Shown piece after piece: positions 60,395 through 64,000 of a DNA stretch of 64,000 nucleotides. The notes under the pieces are model-generated. The model was not told the DNA's origin. It did not search any database and saw only the letters and a program-made list of their open reading frames with translations. A program made the translations under genes and the position numbers. Source of the stretch: Patescibacteria group bacterium (GTDB taxonomy: Bacteria; Patescibacteriota; Minisyncoccia; Minisyncoccales; PWPS01); the NCBI GenBank assembly GCA_051745165.1, contig JBNJDU010000001.1, positions 2,378 through 66,377 on the forward strand, given 5' to 3'. Position 1 is the stretch's first letter. Every line of letters begins with the position of its first letter.

Positions 60395-61696
60395 TTAACC
60401 TTTCAAGCTATTTTCTAGCTTGTAAATATCTCCTGCCCCAATTATAGCTATTATTTCATTTCCCTGCAAGTTGCTTTTTAACTTGTTGGCAACACCTTCT
60501 AAATCACCTGCAAGATGAGCAACTTCCCCCAAATTAGTTTTATTAACAAGCATTTTAGAGGTAATTTGCTCTTTAATCCATTGTTTCTCTCTACCAGGAA
60601 CACTATATATATCAGTAATAAACAGTTGATCAACAGGAGAGTTCTTAAAAACATCTATGAATTTATCTTTCAAGTGCATGCTCCGTTGATATTGATGAGG
60701 TTGAAAAACAGCTAAAGTTTTTTTGTTTGGAAACTCTTCTTTTAAAGCTTGCAATGTGGCTTTTAATTCAGTTGGGTGATGAGCATAATCCAATACAAGT
60801 TGATAATCTTTGCCGTTAATTTTTATTTTCTTTTTCTCAAACCTCCTCCATGATCCCTTATATTTTGACAGTCCAAATAATACAACTTCTTTATTAATTC
60901 CCAATATTTCTCCTAATTTATTTACCGCTAATGCATTTTCAAGATTGTGCAGACCAGGAACTTTTAGTCTATTCTTTATTTCATCAGCAACCTTCTCATT
61001 TTTAGAAAAAAGATGCTTTTTTTGCCTTACTTTAAGTTTAGATAAATTATTATCTTTTTTATTCATTATGACTTCCCCCTCCTTTTCCATTTTGTCCAAA
61101 TATTCTTGAAAAGTTTCTAAAAGATGATCCAGATCCTTATAATAATCTAAATGTTCTAATTCCAAATTAGTTAAAATAGCTATATTGGGTTTGTAATTTA
61201 AAAGAGATCCTTGCCATTCATCCGCTTCAATTAGTAAATATTTGGAATCACCTTTTCTATAATTTGAGTTATCAAATTCTTCTAGTTTAGTACCTACTAT
61301 TACTGTTGGATCTAACCCAGCCTCTTCAAGCATTAATGCTGCCATAGCAGTTGTAGTGCTTTTACCATGAGTCCCCGAAACTGCAATTGTAAAATAATTT
61401 TTAGTTAAATCTCCTAATGCTTCCGGATAACTTTTTGCTTCTATAGATAATTCTTTAGCTTTTTTTAATTCAGGATTATCATTTGGCACTGCTGGAGAAT
61501 ATATTACTAAATCAACATTTTCATTTAAATTATCTTCATCATGTTGATTATAAATATTAGCTCCTAAATTCTTCAAGTCATTAATTATTTCGCTAGTGGC
61601 TAAATCAGATCCAGTTACTTTTTCACCACTTAATAAGTAATGCCTTGCTAAAGCGGAAACCCCAATCCCTCCAATACCAACAAAATGTATATTCAT
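60395..61696 (-). CDS. murC: UDP-N-acetylmuramate--L-alanine ligase
   Basis: MNIHFVGIGGIGVSALA and VSGTHGKSTTTAM. Start set at ATG 61696, after the upstream stop at 61701. Confidence 0.85.
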   Translation of the reverse strand: MNIHFVGIGGIGVSALARHYLLSGEKVTGSDLATSEIINDLKNLGANIYNQHDEDNLNENVDLVIYSPAVPNDNPELKKAKELSIEAKSYPEALGDLTKNYFTIAVSGTHGKSTTTAMAALMLEEAGLDPTVIVGTKLEEFDNSNYRKGDSKYLLIEADEWQGSLLNYKPNIAILTNLELEHLDYYKDLDHLLETFQEYLDKMEKEGEVIMNKKDNNLSKLKVRQKKHLFSKNEKVADEIKNRLKVPGLHNLENALAVNKLGEILGINKEVVLFGLSKYKGSWRRFEKKKIKINGKDYQLVLDYAHHPTELKATLQALKEEFPNKKTLAVFQPHQYQRSMHLKDKFIDVFKNSPVDQLFITDIYSVPGREKQWIKEQITSKMLVNKTNLGEVAHLAGDLEGVANKLKSNLQGNEIIAIIGAGDIYKLENSLKG

Positions 61697-61700
61697 AGCT

Positions 61701-62264
61701 TTATAAATTAAAACTTTTAATAATTTTATATTGTGGACCACCCTTAGATAGCTTGCTCTCCATTATCTCAAAAGAACTAACTTCAAATTCACTATTTACA
61801 AATTCATCTTCTAACAAGGGAATCTGCTCTATTGATTGTTTTTTAAATTCAAAAGATCTAGTTCTAGCTAGTGTAACATGTAATTTAAAATCTCTTGAAT
61901 CGGGAGTATATTTTAAATAATCAGCATTAATTAAGACCTGATCTATTTCTTTTTTCAATTTTTCTACATCTTCACTTTGACCAGTTGCCCAAATCATTTT
62001 TGCCTCTCGCCTATTTGGAACATATCTTACATCATCAATTAAAATTGAAAATTTAAAAAAATCTATACTTTTTAAATCTTCAGACAATTTTTTAATTTTT
62101 TCTTTATCAACAGAACCAAGAAAAGCTAAAGTAATATGCAAATTATCTCGCTTTACCCATTTAAGTGGATTTCTATCAAAATTAAGCCTTATATCCTTTT
62201 GTTTGTTAGCTAATAAATCTTTTGTTTCTACAGGCAGATTAATAGCTAAAAATGTTCTTGGCAT
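61701..62264 (-). CDS. thpR: RNA 2',3'-cyclic phosphodiesterase / 2'-5' RNA ligase (2H family)
   Basis: Two HxTx motifs: HITLAFLG and HVTLAR. Confidence 0.8.
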   Translation of the reverse strand: MPRTFLAINLPVETKDLLANKQKDIRLNFDRNPLKWVKRDNLHITLAFLGSVDKEKIKKLSEDLKSIDFFKFSILIDDVRYVPNRREAKMIWATGQSEDVEKLKKEIDQVLINADYLKYTPDSRDFKLHVTLARTRSFEFKKQSIEQIPLLEDEFVNSEFEVSSFEIMESKLSKGGPQYKIIKSFNL

Positions 62265-62373
62265 AACTTGTATTAATTATGAATTAATAAATTGATAATT
62301 TCAACTCATTATTTTACTTATTTTAATAATAGCTTATTTATGATTTTTATTAAAATATGATAAAGTATTAGTA

Positions 62374-63375
62374 ATGAAAAAAGCCTTACTCCAAAAAAAG
62401 ATAGATAATAAAAAAGTTAAATGCCTGAACTGCGCTCATTATTGCACTCTAAGTGAGGAAGAAACTGGAAAATGCAATATGAGACAAAATAAAGGCGGAG
62501 AATTAAGAGTTTATAATTACGGACAAGTTGCAGCCTTAAACATTGATCCGATTGAAAAGAAGCCTTTATATCATTTTTTACCTAGCACTAAAAGCCTATC
62601 TATTGCCACACCAGGATGCTCTTTTAGTTGTAAAAATTGTCAAAATTGGCGACTATCTCAACGAAAAAAAGATCAGTTGAATGAAAAATATATATCACCT
62701 GCTAACATTGTTAAAATGGCTAAAGACAAAGGGGTTGAATCTATATCCTATACGTACGGAGAGCCTATCATATTTCTTGAATACGCGTTAGATATAATGA
62801 AACTAGCTGAAAAAGAAAATATTAAAAATGTTTGGGTCTCCAACGGATATTTTTCAAAGGAATCGCTTGAAAAAGTTTCTCCTTATATAGACGCTATCAA
62901 CATTGACCTTAAAAGTTTTTCTGATGATTTTTATAAAAATGTTTGTGGAGGAAGATTAAAACCAGTTCTAAAATCAATAAAAAATCTATACAACTCAGCC
63001 TGGCTTGAATTAACCACTTTGATCATTCCCGGGTATAATGATAGTAAGAAAGAGTTAAAAAGCATCGCTAAGTTTATTTATAGTATTGATAAAAATATTC
63101 CTTGGCATGTTTCTAAATTTTCAAGCCGCTTTTCTAAAGACATGAAAGATGTTCCTGACACTTCCGATGAAATTTTAGAAAAAGCTTACAAAATCGGAAA
63201 AGAAGCTGGTTTGAATTATATATATCCCGGTAATATAATTACTAACAAGACTAACACATATTGTCCTCAATGTGACAATTTAATAATTGAAAGAAATAGT
63301 TATAATATAAAAAGCTACGATCAGGAAGGTCGTTGTAGTAAATGCGGTCAAGATATTAAGATAATTAAAGCTTAA
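62374..63375 (+). CDS. amrS: AmmeMemoRadiSam-system radical SAM enzyme
   Basis: An N-terminal Cys cluster CLNCAHYC...C, the radical SAM motif CSFSCKNCQNW, and C-terminal CPQC...CSKCG. Confidence 0.75.
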   Translation: MKKALLQKKIDNKKVKCLNCAHYCTLSEEETGKCNMRQNKGGELRVYNYGQVAALNIDPIEKKPLYHFLPSTKSLSIATPGCSFSCKNCQNWRLSQRKKDQLNEKYISPANIVKMAKDKGVESISYTYGEPIIFLEYALDIMKLAEKENIKNVWVSNGYFSKESLEKVSPYIDAINIDLKSFSDDFYKNVCGGRLKPVLKSIKNLYNSAWLELTTLIIPGYNDSKKELKSIAKFIYSIDKNIPWHVSKFSSRFSKDMKDVPDTSDEILEKAYKIGKEAGLNYIYPGNIITNKTNTYCPQCDNLIIERNSYNIKSYDQEGRCSKCGQDIKIIKA

Positions 63376-63412
63376 TACATAAATTTATTTATTAATGTAT
63401 TAAGGACTAAAA

Positions 63413-64000
63413 ATGAGTTTACAATTTGCGGCAATTTCACCTCACCCCCCTATTATTGTTCCTAGTGTTGGAAACAAGGAGGATCTTACAAGAGTAGCAG
63501 ATACAACTGATGCAATGAGAAAATTAGCAGAAGATTTTGAAAGTAAGGAAGTTGAAACGGTTATAGTGATTACTCCTCATGGATCAGTTTCCAAAAAAAC
63601 TTTCAACATTTACAGTGCTGATCGTTTTACCAGTTCTCTTCCCGGAGCGTTGTTAAGTTTTGATGGCAATCCAGGCCTTGTAGATGAAATAACCGAACTA
63701 AAATACACTAAAAAAATTGAGGAAGCTACACTAGATCATGGTAGTGCTGTTCCTCTTTATTTTTTAAAACAAAAGAAACCCTCTCTCAAGGCAGTACCAA
63801 TCACTTTTTCAATGAAAAGTAGAAAAATACATTTTAATTTTGGGAAAAAATTATTTGATATAATCGAAAAAAGTGAAGAAAAAATAGGAATTATTGCTTC
63901 CGGTGATCTTTCTCACAAATTAACTCCTTCAGCTCCAGCTGGTTTTTCTGAAAAAGGGAAAAAATTTGATCAAGATCTAATGGAATTTCTAAGGAATAAT
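63413..64000 (+). CDS. LigB/Memo-superfamily (class III extradiol dioxygenase-like) protein, 3'-truncated by window edge
   Basis: FAAISPHPPIIVP, VIVITPHG, TLDHGSAVPL and ASGDLSHKL. It is adjacent to amrS. Confidence 0.6.
   Translation, partial: MSLQFAAISPHPPIIVPSVGNKEDLTRVADTTDAMRKLAEDFESKEVETVIVITPHGSVSKKTFNIYSADRFTSSLPGALLSFDGNPGLVDEITELKYTKKIEEATLDHGSAVPLYFLKQKKPSLKAVPITFSMKSRKIHFNFGKKLFDIIEKSEEKIGIIASGDLSHKLTPSAPAGFSEKGKKFDQDLMEFLRNN

Noticed and set aside
60221-60418. Plus-strand 65-aa ORF from the track (MIYFFFFSFLFFLY...)
   Set aside because: It is a low-complexity Phe/Tyr/Asn product of a T-rich strand. The opposite strand encodes a more plausible TM-plus-acidic-tail ORF (60218..60376), co-directional with its neighbours.
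1-64000. Alternative genetic code (UGA recoded, as in some CPR lineages)
   Set aside because: TGA terminates well-conserved genes at the expected length (ATGA junctions at 4863 and 10677). Conserved proteins such as DnaK, PyrG and MraY are intact under the standard code.

Overview
This is an AT-rich 64-kb chromosomal window. It uses the standard genetic code: TGA serves as a stop, for example in the ATGA start/stop overlaps at 4863 and 10677. All calls were made by eye from motifs; no searches were run. The gene content is that of a small-genome bacterium. Several proteins are shortened (AspRS without its insertion domain, short HrcA and RarA) and most housekeeping genes have no Shine-Dalgarno (SD) sequence. 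I infer a Patescibacteria/CPR-like organism. Recognisable core genes: two tandem FemAB genes, murF, an ftsQ-like gene, a PIF1-like helicase and rarA. Further on are a PerR-like regulator with rubrerythrin, rlmN and truB, and hrcA-grpE-dnaK-dnaJ behind a CIRCE operator. tRNA-Lys(UUU), rplI, pyrG and rpmA follow. The minus strand carries a Xer-type recombinase, gltX, a murG-ftsW-murD-mraY block with a D,D-carboxypeptidase, aspS, tig, a polyprenyl synthase, murC and thpR. An AmmeMemoRadiSam pair sits at the right edge. About 14 small genes of unknown function are scattered among these. Most have a near-consensus sigma70 promoter, a perfect AGGAGG SD and usually an intrinsic terminator. They include a pair of HExxHxxQ-motif paralogs and a three-gene operon. 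The middle protein of that operon ends in a beta-clamp-binding-like QLKLF tail. Other points worth a second look: a 28-bp dif-like 11-6-11 site 37 nt upstream of the recombinase gene. A 29-bp tandem repeat copies the murG 3' end into the gltX upstream region. Two sites have a promoter followed by a short transcript and a terminator. An anti-SD hairpin lies after the tRNA. An isoprenoid-synthase-like protein is translationally coupled to an orphan histidine kinase. I found no CRISPR array, rRNA gene or clear mobile element.
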